Virus record (IMG/VR): IMGVR_UViG_3300029906_000160
Direction: 5' to 3' (one strand)
Length of the DNA stretch: 64,000 nt
DNA from: a virus
Lineage: Duplodnaviria; Heunggongvirae; Uroviricota; Caudoviricetes
Shown: positions 32,384-43,717 of the stretch, piece by piece
Numbering within the stretch: position 1 is the stretch's first letter
Layout: every line of letters starts with the position of its first letter
Position numbers and translations under genes: made by a program
The notes under the pieces: generated by a model
Database searches by the model: none
Told to the model about the DNA's origin: nothing
The model's input: only the letters and a program-made list of their open reading frames with translations

Positions 32384-32804
32384 TATTTTTAGATTTAATT
32401 GTGTTAATCAACTTAAAAGTCCATGAGAAAAAGATAATTGCCAATACAATGGCAAGAACGCCAGCAAGATTTGCAATACTGGATGGAATTGAAAGCAAAG
32501 ATCCAATCCCTGTAAGAGCCGCCATTAAAGCAGCAATCCACAGAATGTATAAACAAAATTTAACCATTTGGAATTATTTTATATGTTGTCGTTGTTATTT
32601 CTTCTTGAATTATATTATAATGTTCAAAGATAACTTTGTCTTTAATGGTATCTCGCCAAGCAATAGTTACAAAAATGCTAATAATAAACATAAGAACTGC
32701 CATTATATAAGATATAATACGAGTTCCTTTATCATCGTTATCTGAAAGACCTATAATCCATCCACATAACATACAACCGATAAATCCAAATAAAATTATA
32801 CCAA

Positions 32805-33158
32805 TCATGATATATCTTTATTTAAAAAGTTTCCAATTTTGGCGAAAAAACTTATTACTTTGTTTTCTTTTGGAATCAGAAATTCGTAATGTAAAGAGTC
32901 TGGGCAAGAACTTGCTAGAAACATTATACTTAAAAAGACATTAGCTACTGGAATCCATAAAAATAAAAATCCAACAACAATATACCAAATTTTAATTGGA
33001 ATCTTTTTTCTGTGTTTTGGATTTTCTTTAGCTAGTTCTATACTTGGAAATACAGAATATCCATTAGCTAGAGCCTCATATTTACATGAAGCAATACAAT
33101 ATGCTAGAATAAATAATAGAAGGGATATAATCCAAAATATCCAATAAACCATTGCCAT
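32805..33158 (-). CDS. membrane protein (part of the 31323-33158 cluster of small TM proteins)
   Basis: ORF track; hydrophobic. Confidence 0.45.
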   Translation of the reverse strand: MAMVYWIFWIISLLLFILAYCIASCKYEALANGYSVFPSIELAKENPKHRKKIPIKIWYIVVGFLFLWIPVANVFLSIMFLASSCPDSLHYEFLIPKENKVISFFAKIGNFLNKDIS

Positions 33159-33296
33159 ATTATATAATTTAATGATTAGACAAAATAAAAAACTTCAGCG
33201 TGCATCACTGCAGACTGGAGGACTTCCACTTATATGTGGATAAGTTAGTTAATCTTAGGTATAACTTCATTCTAACTTAAAAATTAAAGAGTATTG

Positions 33297-33611
33297 TAGC
33301 TCCGATGCGATTTGAACGCACACTTCCACTGCTGGAAAAGGGATTTTAAGCAAAAATACTTGATTCTTGGACTATCTCATTACCATGCGTATAAACGTTT
33401 AGGTATCGGACGCTCTAGTTGGTTATTAAGAAGACTAAACTTCTCCAATAGTCTCTACACGTTCAGTAATTGTAACTACTGCTTCGCTCGCCCTCTGTGT
33501 TTTCTCACTTCAGCCGAATTCATCCGATTATGCGATATAGATTTCTCTATAAAGGGGACTTCTGTCTAATATTGACAGTTCCCTCGTGTCTACCTATTCC
33601 ACCACGGAGCC
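33297..33611 (-). tRNA. tRNA-Leu (UAA) interrupted by about 229 nt in the anticodon loop (probable group I intron)
   Basis: 5' exon GGCUCCG-UGGUGGAAUAGGUAGACACG-AGGGA (cf. E. coli tRNA-Leu ..UGGUGGAAUCGGUAGACACAAGGGA..); 3' exon CUUAAAA-UCCCU-long variable arm-GUGCG-UUCAAAU-CGCAU-CGGAGCU-A. Confidence 0.55.
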
Positions 33612-33631
33612 TTATTTAATATTAATTTATA

Positions 33632-33772
33632 AGTAATACATCTGAATAAGCTGTACTCTTCTTATAAACTAAAGCAATTTCTTCATTTCCTGATATATTA
33701 TTTACAACTGTAGTGTTATCTGGAAGATCCTTTATAAATTCTTTTAGTTCTTTAACTGTCATAATCTTCAAA
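33632..33772 (-). CDS. small protein, TVxEL family (MTVKELKEFIKDLPDNTT..)
   Basis: 46 aa, not in ORF track. Confidence 0.45.
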
Positions 33773-33783
33773 ATAAGATATTA

Positions 33784-34272
33784 TTATTCTGTTTTATAAT
33801 AGAATTTTTTTGGTTTACGCTTAATTCCTAAGAAAGGTTTTCTTTGAATAAATGTATAACACTTTTTAGGAACAAAACAATCAGAAACTATTACATCATC
33901 ATTACCCCATATATTAGAACCTGCTGGTACTGTTCCCTCTAATATAGCAAAAGGACCCATACGTGCTGTTTCCATAAAAAGATCATCTTGATAATTTCTT
34001 AAATGTTGCTCTGGATCTTTTGTATAGAGATGAAGTCCAACATTTATATCATAATAGGTGTTTGACTGCAGAAAATGAGGTCTGGGAGTTATATGAGATA
34101 TTATACTTGATACTGGAAGAAAATACACTCTTCCTAGTTTCCATTCCTGTTTATAATAGATACTATTGATAGTAACTTTTTTGGAAGAAAGTTTATTAAT
34201 AGCAACTATTTTGTAGGCAACCATTGGTTCTCTGAGAACGATTGGTTCTATGTTATTTGTTATTAAACACAT
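33784..34272 (-). CDS. hypothetical protein
   Basis: ORF track. Confidence 0.45.
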   Translation of the reverse strand: MCLITNNIEPIVLREPMVAYKIVAINKLSSKKVTINSIYYKQEWKLGRVYFLPVSSIISHITPRPHFLQSNTYYDINVGLHLYTKDPEQHLRNYQDDLFMETARMGPFAILEGTVPAGSNIWGNDDVIVSDCFVPKKCYTFIQRKPFLGIKRKPKKFYYKTE

Positions 34273-34274
34273 GA

Positions 34275-34412
34275 TTACTCAATACAGATAAAGGTTTCTT
34301 CATCTCTAACTACAGTCACAGAGGACGATTCCAGTTTATATACATTAAATATTTTAACTGGAAGATTAGCAGGATACTTAGATAACTGCTGAATAAGTTG
34401 TTTTACTGTCAT
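34275..34412 (-). CDS. small protein, TVxEL family (MTVKQLIQQLSKYPANLP..)
   Basis: 45 aa, not in ORF track. Confidence 0.45.
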   Translation of the reverse strand: MTVKQLIQQLSKYPANLPVKIFNVYKLESSSVTVVRDEETFICIE

Positions 34413-34430
34413 AATTGAAAAGTTTTAATT

Positions 34431-34466
34431 AGTGGAGATATCGGGAATCGAACCCGAGTCTTTTAT
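34431..34466 (-). other. tRNA-like 3' fragment (T-arm UCGGG-UUCGAUU-CCCGA plus acceptor) bordering a 750-nt ORF-free region
   Basis: no matching 5' half found by hand; 9-nt direct repeat TGGAGATAT also at 34683. Confidence 0.35.
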
Positions 34467-35211
34467 TAATCCTATATAGTTTTTATTTATATGCTTAGTT
34501 AATTTTTCTAAACTAACAAAATAACTAAATTGATTAAAGAGTGTTTAGTAAAACTCTGAATTTAAAGAATTATAATGAAAAGAGCTATGCGAAACTATAA
34601 TTAAAAGGCATAGTGGGAGTAAAGAACTCTTTGAGTGTCTTCACTACTTTTGAGAAAAGATTTTTAATTCCGTTTATTTTTGGAGATATTTAAAGTAATC
34701 ACTTACTGCATAAAACATATACCAAATCAATAAAATCAAATCCAAGCATCCCCAATGCAAAGATAAGAAAAAGTTTTAAATATACAAATAAAAATGGATA
34801 CTAAGTATAAATAATTCGCCTGCCTTTCTAATTTCAAAATTGGACGCGCTATATAGCTATTTTATAAATATACTTAGTATCCAAATAAAAATGGAAGATC
34901 TGACTGTATGTTTAAGTAACCCAAAATGCTAGTTACATAACGCATAATCCCTACAGCTAGGCTCTATTCTCTTAAATAGACTTTAGCACCAGATCTTCCA
35001 AAAAATTGGTTATAAGGTTACCAACCCAGCCTAGGCAACTTTAATCTAGAATTCAGTTGCTTCGTTACTTCAGACGCCAAATAATATTGTCTGAGAGTCA
35101 CCTCTATCTTTAATATGTATATAAGGAAGCTGAGGAAGCTATTATACACATCCGGATCTTTATATACTTCTCCTAGTATAATCCGGCTATACTAAGAGGA
35201 CTTATAAAAGA

Positions 35212-35658
35212 TTATTTTCCGAGCTTTGAAAAGAGATAATCTATGAGTTCATCATTTGACATCTCTTCAAGCTTTTTCTCTGGTTTCTCCGAGCTTTCCT
35301 GTGGTTTCTGGGTATTGAGAATACGAGACTTTTCTTCTGAGATAATTTTGGTGATTTTCTCAAGAAGATTGTCAAGATATGCTGCAATACGCTCACGAAA
35401 TTCCGGTGATATTTCTGTAAGAACCGAAGTAGGAAGCATTACTGAACCAATAAGACTATCGAAATCGGATAAAAATATTTCTTTGATGCGAGGATCTGAA
35501 ACATCGGCTTTCAGGAACGTTTCATATTTTTTTCCTGAAAGGAGCGTATCAAGATCTTTGATGATCGCGTTGATTTCTTCTTTTGACCGAATATTAGCCT
35601 GGTCAAAGAGATTCTTAAGTATTTCTTCTATCATAATTATGGTATTTACCAGTCCCAA
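35212..35658 (-). CDS. hypothetical protein
   Basis: ORF track (the overlapping plus-strand ORF 35243-35695 is probably spurious). Confidence 0.4.
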   Translation of the reverse strand: MGLVNTIIMIEEILKNLFDQANIRSKEEINAIIKDLDTLLSGKKYETFLKADVSDPRIKEIFLSDFDSLIGSVMLPTSVLTEISPEFRERIAAYLDNLLEKITKIISEEKSRILNTQKPQESSEKPEKKLEEMSNDELIDYLFSKLGK

Positions 35659-36194
35659 TCAGGAACTGAGATTGATTCGTATTTCTTTCTCTTAGAAAAT
35701 ATTCTTTCTGCAATCTGGGAATAAAATTTCACTTTAGAGGGAGAAAGAGGTTTCTTGAGAGATTGTTTATGTGATTTACGGGACATAAAAGGTTTTTAAG
35801 GATGAATAGATATTAATTAAAGGATTTCGAGGAGTATTATCTATGTCGCCCGCATCGAGAGGGAAATTGGGGACATTTAAGGAAAGGGAAAGTTCAGGAT
35901 GGGGTGAGGAGGGGTGAGAGTGTATCCTCGCTTGCATCCCTCTCCAAAAATTTTTTAATTATTCTCCCTCGAACTCCCCAATCTCTCAACTCCCTATCGC
36001 AGCATCCTATGATTAGGCGGCACAGCTGCATTATAGTGAATTGTGAAGTACTGACCTACGAGCTGTTCACCTTTTTCAGTCACAATGCGCACACGACGCT
36101 TCGCCGTATATGCGCTGAGTTTTGTTTTTGACATGCGAAAATTTGTTAAAATTTGAGCTTTTATATAGTTCTATATTTATATAGTATTATATAG

Positions 36195-36290
36195 TTCGTG
36201 TGAAAATTCTGCACTTTGGTAGTGAAAAATCTGCACCCACCTATTGAAAATTCTGCACTTTCACTATGAAAATTCTGCACCCAATGAAAA
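36195..36290. repeat. iteron set 1: four copies of GAAAA(T/A)TCTGCAC at about 21-22 bp spacing
   Basis: direct reading. Confidence 0.8.
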
Positions 36291-36379
36291 AAAGTTTAAA
36301 TTTTGTTTGGATTTTCAGTGGGTTGAGATTTCGTGAAATCGAAACCATTATGTATAGTTCTTATGTATATTATGTATAG

Positions 36380-36475
36380 TTAGGGTTTAAAAATGTCGCG
36401 GAATAGTTTAAAAATGTACAGGTAATAGTTTAAAAATGTTGGGCTATAGTTTAAAAATGTTTATGATAAGTAAAA
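36380..36475. repeat. iteron set 2: five copies of TAGTTTAAAAATGT at about 21-22 bp spacing, followed by an AT-rich tract
   Basis: direct reading. Confidence 0.8.
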
Positions 36476-36589
36476 ACATATACATTTTTTATATTAAAAT
36501 TTGGATATTTCAATTTTTATGCGTATATTTGCTGTACATAAATAAACTAATTATAAACCTTAATCTATTTATATATGGACGAAAATAAA

Positions 36590-37408
36590 AATTCTCAGTA
36601 TGTTATCTTACCTAAAAAAGAGAATCTTCTACAAAAATACGAAATATTAATATATGTTTGTATTAGAAGATACATGAAAACAGCAACAATGGAAGCTTGA
36701 CCAGCATTAGATACAATTGTAAAAGATTCTGGATGTAGTAAACCAACAGTTATTAAGACTATTGATACTATTGAAGAAAAAGGTTATTTTAAAAGAATTC
36801 CAAAATCACAAGCTAAAACTACACCAAAACCAAAAGGTCGCGGATGTGTTTACGTATTTAATAATGCAAAACACTTTGAACCATTTAGTTATGACTTTTT
36901 AGATAATACTTCTTTATCTAAATCAGAAAAATTACAAATACTTTGTACTCAGCAATATATGGTATTAGATGAATCAACACAACAAGGTAAAATATCCTAT
37001 TCTGATAGGCAATTATCTGAACTTAGTGGATTAGATTATCGTACCATCAAAAAGAATCACGAAAGTCTAATAGACAAAGGTTATGCTAATCAAATTACTT
37101 TACAAACAAAAGATCCAATCACAGGTTTGATTAATAAAGAAACAATCTATCATTTAAATAAATTTGATCAAGCAATCGTATTTGCTATTAGAAAACATGA
37201 GCAACACTTAGCTCAACATGATACTCAAATTGAATCACTTGAAGAAAGAGTGCAAAAACTTGAAAAAATAGCAAAATCTAAAGATAAAGATAACGAATTG
37301 TTGATTAAAGAAAATTCAAGGCTTCGAAAAGAAATTGAATTACTTAAAATTTCTAAAGAAGCAATTGTTTTAGATATGCCATTAACAAAAGAGGAAGTTG
37401 GAGATTAA
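36590..37408 (+). CDS. putative replication initiator/organizer (two winged-helix/HTH modules plus C-terminal coiled coil); 1 in-frame TGA read as Trp
   Basis: ATG at 36590; TGA at codon 40 (MEAWPALD); track shows only the 36959-37408 fragment. Confidence 0.55.
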
Positions 37409-37427
37409 TCCAGCTCCCTCTTTCTTG

Positions 37428-37751
37428 TTATCCCCTGTTCACATGAATAACGCCTGTAAAATCAAATGTTCCGTACATTGACTCACGTACAAACGTATGA
37501 ATTCCCTCACTGAGAAGAAACTTTCCAGAATTGTTCCAGCGATATTCTCGTGTACCAGACTTTCTGGAGATCAAACCAGACTTTAAGAATCCTCTCATCA
37601 CTCTCTTTGCATATTGCTGGATAGTGGAAGTTTCTCCAAATATCCTCACAAAACTGTGAAGAGATTTAGTATATCCGCATGTACGAACATGCTTGATATA
37701 TAGAGCTGTATAAGTCTCAATTGGAGACCAACTCTTTAAATGCTGTTTCAT
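37428..37751 (-). CDS. hypothetical protein
   Basis: ORF track. Confidence 0.45.
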   Translation of the reverse strand: MKQHLKSWSPIETYTALYIKHVRTCGYTKSLHSFVRIFGETSTIQQYAKRVMRGFLKSGLISRKSGTREYRWNNSGKFLLSEGIHTFVRESMYGTFDFTGVIHVNRG

Positions 37752-38676
37752 TTATGTATAAGTTAACGACTTTTAAAAAATAACAGTTCAGCCGCCCCCA
37801 GTCTTGTTAGAACCGGGAGTACTGAACTGTTGGATAGCACATAACTACAAAAATAAGATTGCCAGTTCTTATTTAGGAATGGTTTAACGCAAGAACCATT
37901 AACGTTTTAAAGTTCGTCACATCTAACGAATAGATCCGGATCATCTAGAACTATTGTTCCGTCAGATCGCAGATCATAAGTGAGATCCGTTTCATCCTCA
38001 GCCAATATTAACCAAGGATGATCGAGATAACCATCGTTCTTTCCGAAACGAAGAATCTCAAACGAAAACTCTCTTTTTCTAGAAAATGGCTCAAAGTGTC
38101 TACCAAGTACTGATCGTACGTTGTAACCATATGACAACACAGTTACTGTCTTCGCTGTGCTATCTAGAACTTACTTCCAGGTCATGCCTATTTATTGTTA
38201 TTATCTTTTTTCTTTTTGCCATAAGGATTTGTCCATTGCTGACGCTTTGTATCTTGATCAGAATAGCTTGTTCCAAAATATACCCACATTATTTCGGGTA
38301 TAATGAACAATAATAGAAATATAAACATTCCCATAATTTATCGATTTAAATAATTAATAAATAACAGAGAGTATTTCACAACAGTCTCTGTTTGAATGCA
38401 TATGAAATGGAAGGCCTATGTAGATCGCTCTACCTCGATTTCTATCTTCTAGATAAAATCTTAGGCCTTTTAATTATAGAACTATCTGCAATATGATGTG
38501 TTATATAATGAGAGTTTATCCCTTCATTACTAACCTCATATCATCCTGCTGTATCTTTATAAGTCAGAGGATTTTTGACTTTAATAGTTCCATAATTCGA
38601 GATTATGTAATCACCATCCATATATCCACGGACAGTGATTACACTATATCTCGATTTTCTGGGGTCTCAAGCCAGA

Positions 38677-39189
38677 TTACGCCATTTCAGCATAAACTGG
38701 AATCTTCTGAGAGCGAACAACCTGCTTGTTGACAAGCTCGCCATTCTGCTCGATGACCTCAACCTTCGGCTTTCCTCCTTCGAACGCAGGAACCTGAATT
38801 TCACGCATACCGTTGCAGGTTAGCGTCTTGTGCTCGAACAGCCACTCCATGATCTGGGAGGCGTCCATATCCTCAAAGATAGGATATACGTAGTTCTGAT
38901 TGGCATCCCTCTTCTTCAGAGAGTTCAGATTGAACCATGACTGCTTCGGATCACCGTTTCTACGCTTTACCTCGCACATAACGAGTACGCAAGGATTCTG
39001 CGCTCCAGTGGGCGTTGCTTCACGATACTGTACATTGTCACGATCGAAGGTATATACTTCACCTTCGCGTCCAGTGTAGAAATTCTGGGTTACGAGGAGT
39101 TCTGACAATCTTGTTGCAGGATTCTCCATCTTCTTCACAGAGCCACGAAATGTAGGCTCAATAATCGTTACATTTGCTTCTTTTGCCAT
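38677..39189 (-). CDS. hypothetical protein in a GC-rich (about 50%) island
   Basis: ORF track; compositional shift. Confidence 0.5.
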   Translation of the reverse strand: MAKEANVTIIEPTFRGSVKKMENPATRLSELLVTQNFYTGREGEVYTFDRDNVQYREATPTGAQNPCVLVMCEVKRRNGDPKQSWFNLNSLKKRDANQNYVYPIFEDMDASQIMEWLFEHKTLTCNGMREIQVPAFEGGKPKVEVIEQNGELVNKQVVRSQKIPVYAEMA

Positions 39190-39298
39190 AATTTTGTTAT
39201 TTTATAATTTGTGTAGGGTAATGACATTAGTCTTGGTACACATATTATAAAAAAATATCCCATATGCGGATATACCACACATGGGATATTTGGAAGTG

Positions 39299-39808
39299 CT
39301 ACTTATCAGTAAATAGGTAGCAGATAAGCCGCACGGGATTATCATAGTCGGGCTTTCCAGCCTGCCTATCGAATCCTGGCTTATGTAGATCCAGAACACG
39401 GCTGACCTTAATGGTCTTGCCTGTGACCATCTCAGCTCTTTGGATGTCCTTCATGCTCGTGAGGAGCGGTTGACCGAAGTCATTCTCCTCACAGAAGAGC
39501 TGGTCTCTCTCTTCATCTAGAGGTGTACGCCTGAAGATGTTGAGCGGGAACCAGAACCACCCGAATCGCTCACAATGAGCAGCGATGTGCCCAATGTGAG
39601 TGATTGTTCCTGTACCAGTCTTGAATGGTACAGTCTTGAGTGCCTTCCCGAAAGTGATCACGTCACCTTCACGGAAGAACACTGGAAGACCTCTGTCAGT
39701 ATCTTCGCTCCAGACCTTATCCAGGTCTTTTGCGTCGATCTGCTGCCATCCGTTCTGCTGTGCAAGGAACTGAGCCTCTGATTTCACTGATGTCTCTTTC
39801 ATATGCAT
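39299..39808 (-). CDS. hypothetical protein in a GC-rich island
   Basis: ORF track; compositional shift. Confidence 0.5.
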   Translation of the reverse strand: MHMKETSVKSEAQFLAQQNGWQQIDAKDLDKVWSEDTDRGLPVFFREGDVITFGKALKTVPFKTGTGTITHIGHIAAHCERFGWFWFPLNIFRRTPLDEERDQLFCEENDFGQPLLTSMKDIQRAEMVTGKTIKVSRVLDLHKPGFDRQAGKPDYDNPVRLICYLFTDK

Positions 39809-40713
39809 TCGTGTGAGCTCATGTTAACGTACACCTCTCACTATCAACGTGTAGTACTGTCTAATACAGCGTGTTACACCGTGTAACTACATCAGTATTT
39901 TGATCAAACTACAGTATTTCTATTAGCTAGAAACATACAAAGAGCTAATAGTTCATATATCGTCTAACTAACAAAACGCTATGTTTATCGATACATAGAT
40001 CGCCACATTTATAGTGGAACTAGATCCCAGTTGGACTTCGAGATCCAATATATCTTTAGATATACCAACGAACTGGCTGGGATGATTTCTCACAGTTCTT
40101 CGAAGTCTTTCAGGAACTGGAGATATGCAGCTTTTTCTTGTGTATCCAGCATCTTTGTATTGTACTGGATCTTTACTTGTTCTTCGGCTCTGAATTCTGG
40201 CAGAGTTGAGAATCCATAGCCAATTTCACGAGCATCAGCTGCATGCTCTTGGACACAAAATGTCCAGCAGTTGTATGACATGTGATCATACTCAAATACA
40301 CTAAATTCGTGTCGTGCGCAACTTCTAGGGATTATAGATAATTTACCCGTTCAACGAGTAACGCAATATCTCTATTATCTGTGATATTAGAGAATTTAAG
40401 CCAACCGTTGCTAAATCGAGAAGCAAGTTCCTCAAATTCAATACCATGACGGTCTTTTACAATTTGACGAACCTTGTCAAGATCATCGACATGCTTGATA
40501 ATGCCAATGATGACCCCATTGTGGAAAACATTGTTACCAACAATGGAACATACATATGCAAAGTTCATAACCACAATTTATTTATTGTTTCCTGATCACC
40601 TTTGATCATTGCCCAGATGATTCTTGAGCAACGAATGATCTCACTGATCAGTATAGCGAGACAGAGAAGCCCCAGTGGTATTCCCACTAGGACTTGGAAG
40701 ATTCTCCAGAGTA

Positions 40714-40986
40714 TCATTTCTTTTCGATTATAGTGTACTCAAATCCAGCCGCCTCTAATCTTTCAATCCAGTCAAGTCCTTTCTGAACTTTCTGGCCGAA
40801 GAATGAGAACTCAACGCATTTGACAACACCTTGAGTCTTTTGTTTCTTGTACACCCGCTGATTGTAACGGGTCAGCTCTGCTTTCATTACATCAGAGCTA
40901 CTATTGTTTGCTCTGGTGACCACGGTAGAGTAGCAGAACTCTACTTTAGTCTCAACGACTGTGGATTTTTTGATTCTTTGTCTCAT
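40714..40986 (-). CDS. hypothetical protein
   Basis: ORF track. Confidence 0.4.
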   Translation of the reverse strand: MRQRIKKSTVVETKVEFCYSTVVTRANNSSSDVMKAELTRYNQRVYKKQKTQGVVKCVEFSFFGQKVQKGLDWIERLEAAGFEYTIIEKK

Positions 40987-40989
40987 AGA

Positions 40990-41238
40990 CTAGAACTTTT
41001 TGATATAGTTTTGCGTAAACACTTTGAGAGCACGTTTGATTCTATACTCTCTTCTAATCTCAACTGTTGGATCAAAGTGATAATCAAGATCCCATGTTGC
41101 AACAGTCCAGTATAAACCTTTTCTGTCCATGTAAGTTGAGATTTTAACGTCTGTGCCAGCCAGTACTGTTCTTCCTGTCCAGCTGATCGCTCCAGCAACT
41201 CTTGTGCGAGCAATTAATCGATTACTGTCAATGTACAT
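40990..41238 (-). CDS. hypothetical protein
   Basis: ORF track. Confidence 0.4.
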   Translation of the reverse strand: MYIDSNRLIARTRVAGAISWTGRTVLAGTDVKISTYMDRKGLYWTVATWDLDYHFDPTVEIRREYRIKRALKVFTQNYIKKF

Positions 41239-41460
41239 AATTTTAAAATCTTAGACCCTACCCGGGTACTTCATCGATTTGGATTTCATTTTCCATTTCG
41301 ATTAGGCAGGGGGTGATGTGAGTAAAGTGGCTTGTCATGTTCATAAAATATAGGGAATATTTATTTGGAAAATTAATTTTTAATACTTTTTGTATACCTA
41401 AACTAATTTTCACGCACCTTTATTTGGAAATTTCAAAAATTTTTCCTATCTTCACGGCAT

Positions 41461-42784
41461 GAATAGTATAGTATATAAACCACTTATTACTCGTGGAGAT
41501 CTCGCTACAGATACCACCAGTGGCTTAAATATATCTAATAATTCATCTTCTCCGACTTTTAAATACACTGGATACAAACCACAATATAATTGACGAGACT
41601 CCTCTGACTCTTCTACAGAATCTGAAACTACAGCTACTCAGGAAACTGCTGTAACTCCGGAAGATCACGAAGTAGATCAACAAATAGAATGGGAAGATCC
41701 CTCCACTATCAACTGAGAAACCACTCCCTCTACTGTAACTTCTATTGGAACTCAGCAACAATCAATAACTACTCCAATACAGCATGTATTTAAAACTCCA
41801 GACATAGATACCGGAGAAATGAAAGAATTTTTAGATGTATTAGCTGACGCAGGTATAGCAGTTAGAGTCACCTCTGGAGCGAGACCCGGAGCTAAAACAT
41901 CTTCAGGTAATACCTCATGACATTCACAAGGTCGTGCCCTAGATATAACACCAGTATCCGGAACAACAAGAGAAGATTTTAATAAATTAAAAGATCAGAT
42001 ATTAAATGCTCCTACTGTTATTAAATATATGCAGGATCATAATATTGGTATACTCGATGAAACTCTAGATGAAACTCTTCAAAAAACTGGAGGTTCAGGC
42101 TGACATTTTCACATAGGACCAGATCAAAGTGCTCTCAAAGGACTTCAAGCTTGACTTAATGATGCTAATCATCTGGCCAAACACGGAATGAAATTTCCTA
42201 TTTTAGCGAAACAAGGGACTAAGCTTCCAGTTATATTAGCCGCCAAAGGAACAAACATTCCTCGTAAGCAACAAAAACTTTATGATAGAGTAACAGAAAG
42301 ACTTACTCAACAGAATCAAAATAAGAATGTTTCTCCAATTACAGGACTTAAATATGAAGAGCCCTTACAACCGCTTGGACAAGAAATAGTTTCGTTTCTT
42401 CCTGGAATTGGGGATGTAATTGAAGCGGGAAATATAGTCAATGATATTAGAAACAAAAATTATTTACCTGCAATATTAGGTACAACTTTATTTTTATTAC
42501 CTGGAAATATCCCACAAATAGTTAGAAAACTCCCAGAAGGAACTAAAAATGCAATTAAAATTGAAACATTGCTTCCAGAAAGATTAGAATCTGGTGCAAT
42601 AACTAGAAATTATCTTCCAGAAAAAGTAAATGACAAATCAATAACTGATGCGATGCTTGATGTTCCTATTGAAATAGGTAATGCAAAAGATAAAGGTGGT
42701 GGCTTATATAACATAGTTGAGAATAAAATTATTTTGGATAAAAATATCGATAAAAATAATTATTCTGATGTTTTAAATCACTAA
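41461..42784 (+). CDS. peptidase M15-family peptidoglycan hydrolase (about 441 aa); 5 in-frame TGA read as Trp
   Basis: SWHSQGRALDI and GGSGWHFHIGP (H..D / H-x-H zinc-site pattern); track shows only 42188-42784. Confidence 0.65.
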
Positions 42785-42847
42785 TGGTCACATTGATTAG
42801 ATACACAAAGTACGCAGCCTTTAAATATATTAGGAACCTCTGGATTT

Positions 42848-43132
42848 ATGAAAGTACCAGAAGAAGAAATTCTTAAATTACCTACTCAGGTTCAAGAAAA
42901 ATTTCGTAAATATTTTGATCCTATTTCAAAACCAGGAACTACTCAGTTTACAACAGAAGTGGGTCCAAGATTAACACAATTGCTTAATTATGCTGGAATT
43001 AAAGATGGAAATAAAATTTTATCTTGAAAAGAATGAGAAGAAATAATAAATGCATATATAAAAGAACGTCCTTATAATATGAATATTTTAAAAGAATCAA
43101 TTAAAGATGAACGATTATTTACAAAATGAGCT
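42848..43132 (+). CDS. hypothetical protein (about 95 aa, TGA read as Trp)
   Basis: manual translation. Confidence 0.4.
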
Positions 43133-43652
43133 GAGACAAATTCAAAATAGAAATAATCTATTTGATAAATTTAGTATCGAAGCAAAAAATTATCTAAATG
43201 ATCCAACAGAAACATTATTAGAATTGCTTTGTATTTATCCAAATAAAATGTTTGAATTTAATCAAACAGTAAATGCTTTCTTATGAATTGATGAGTGATC
43301 AAGAAAATATAATAAACTATTTCCATTAGAGAATTTTGATAAAACATCTTCATATCAATCTTTTATTTGTATTAGAAATAAATGAATTAAATATAATTTG
43401 GCAGAATGATCTGAAAATGAAAAACGTTTTATAATCCCTGACAAAACCGTACAATTCTTTTCTATATATAATACAGAAGAAGAACTAATAAATAAATATT
43501 ACGGTGTAGAATCATTTTTTGATTATACATTTGAATATAATTTTGAAAGATCAAAACAAATAAAAGACCCTGATTTATATTCAGAATGGAGTTCATTATA
43601 TACCAATTCTCAAATTTATTTATATTTAATTACTAATTATGATATTAATAGA
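43097..43652 (+). CDS. hypothetical protein (about 185 aa, several TGA read as Trp)
   Basis: manual translation; overlaps the preceding gene end. Confidence 0.4.
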
Positions 43653-43717
43653 TAATTTAGCAACACTTGGCATCTGTCTTTTAACTATTTGTCTTTACAA
43701 ATTCTTTAAATATTTAA

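Noticed and set aside
33160-33611. tmRNA (ssrA) as explanation for a tRNA-like structure whose ends are 300 nt apart
   Set aside because: The body matches tRNA-Leu, including a long variable arm and a UAA loop. No tag-peptide reading frame ending in a hydrophobic tail was found.
35243-35695. Plus-strand ORF 35243-35695 overlapping minus ORF 35212-35658 almost completely
   Set aside because: Only one can be real. The minus ORF fits the surrounding gene orientation, so the plus ORF is treated as spurious (low certainty).
36195-36475. Direct-repeat arrays considered as CRISPR
   Set aside because: Repeat units are 12-14 nt with 8-9-nt spacing and no uniform spacers. They fit iterons, not CRISPR.
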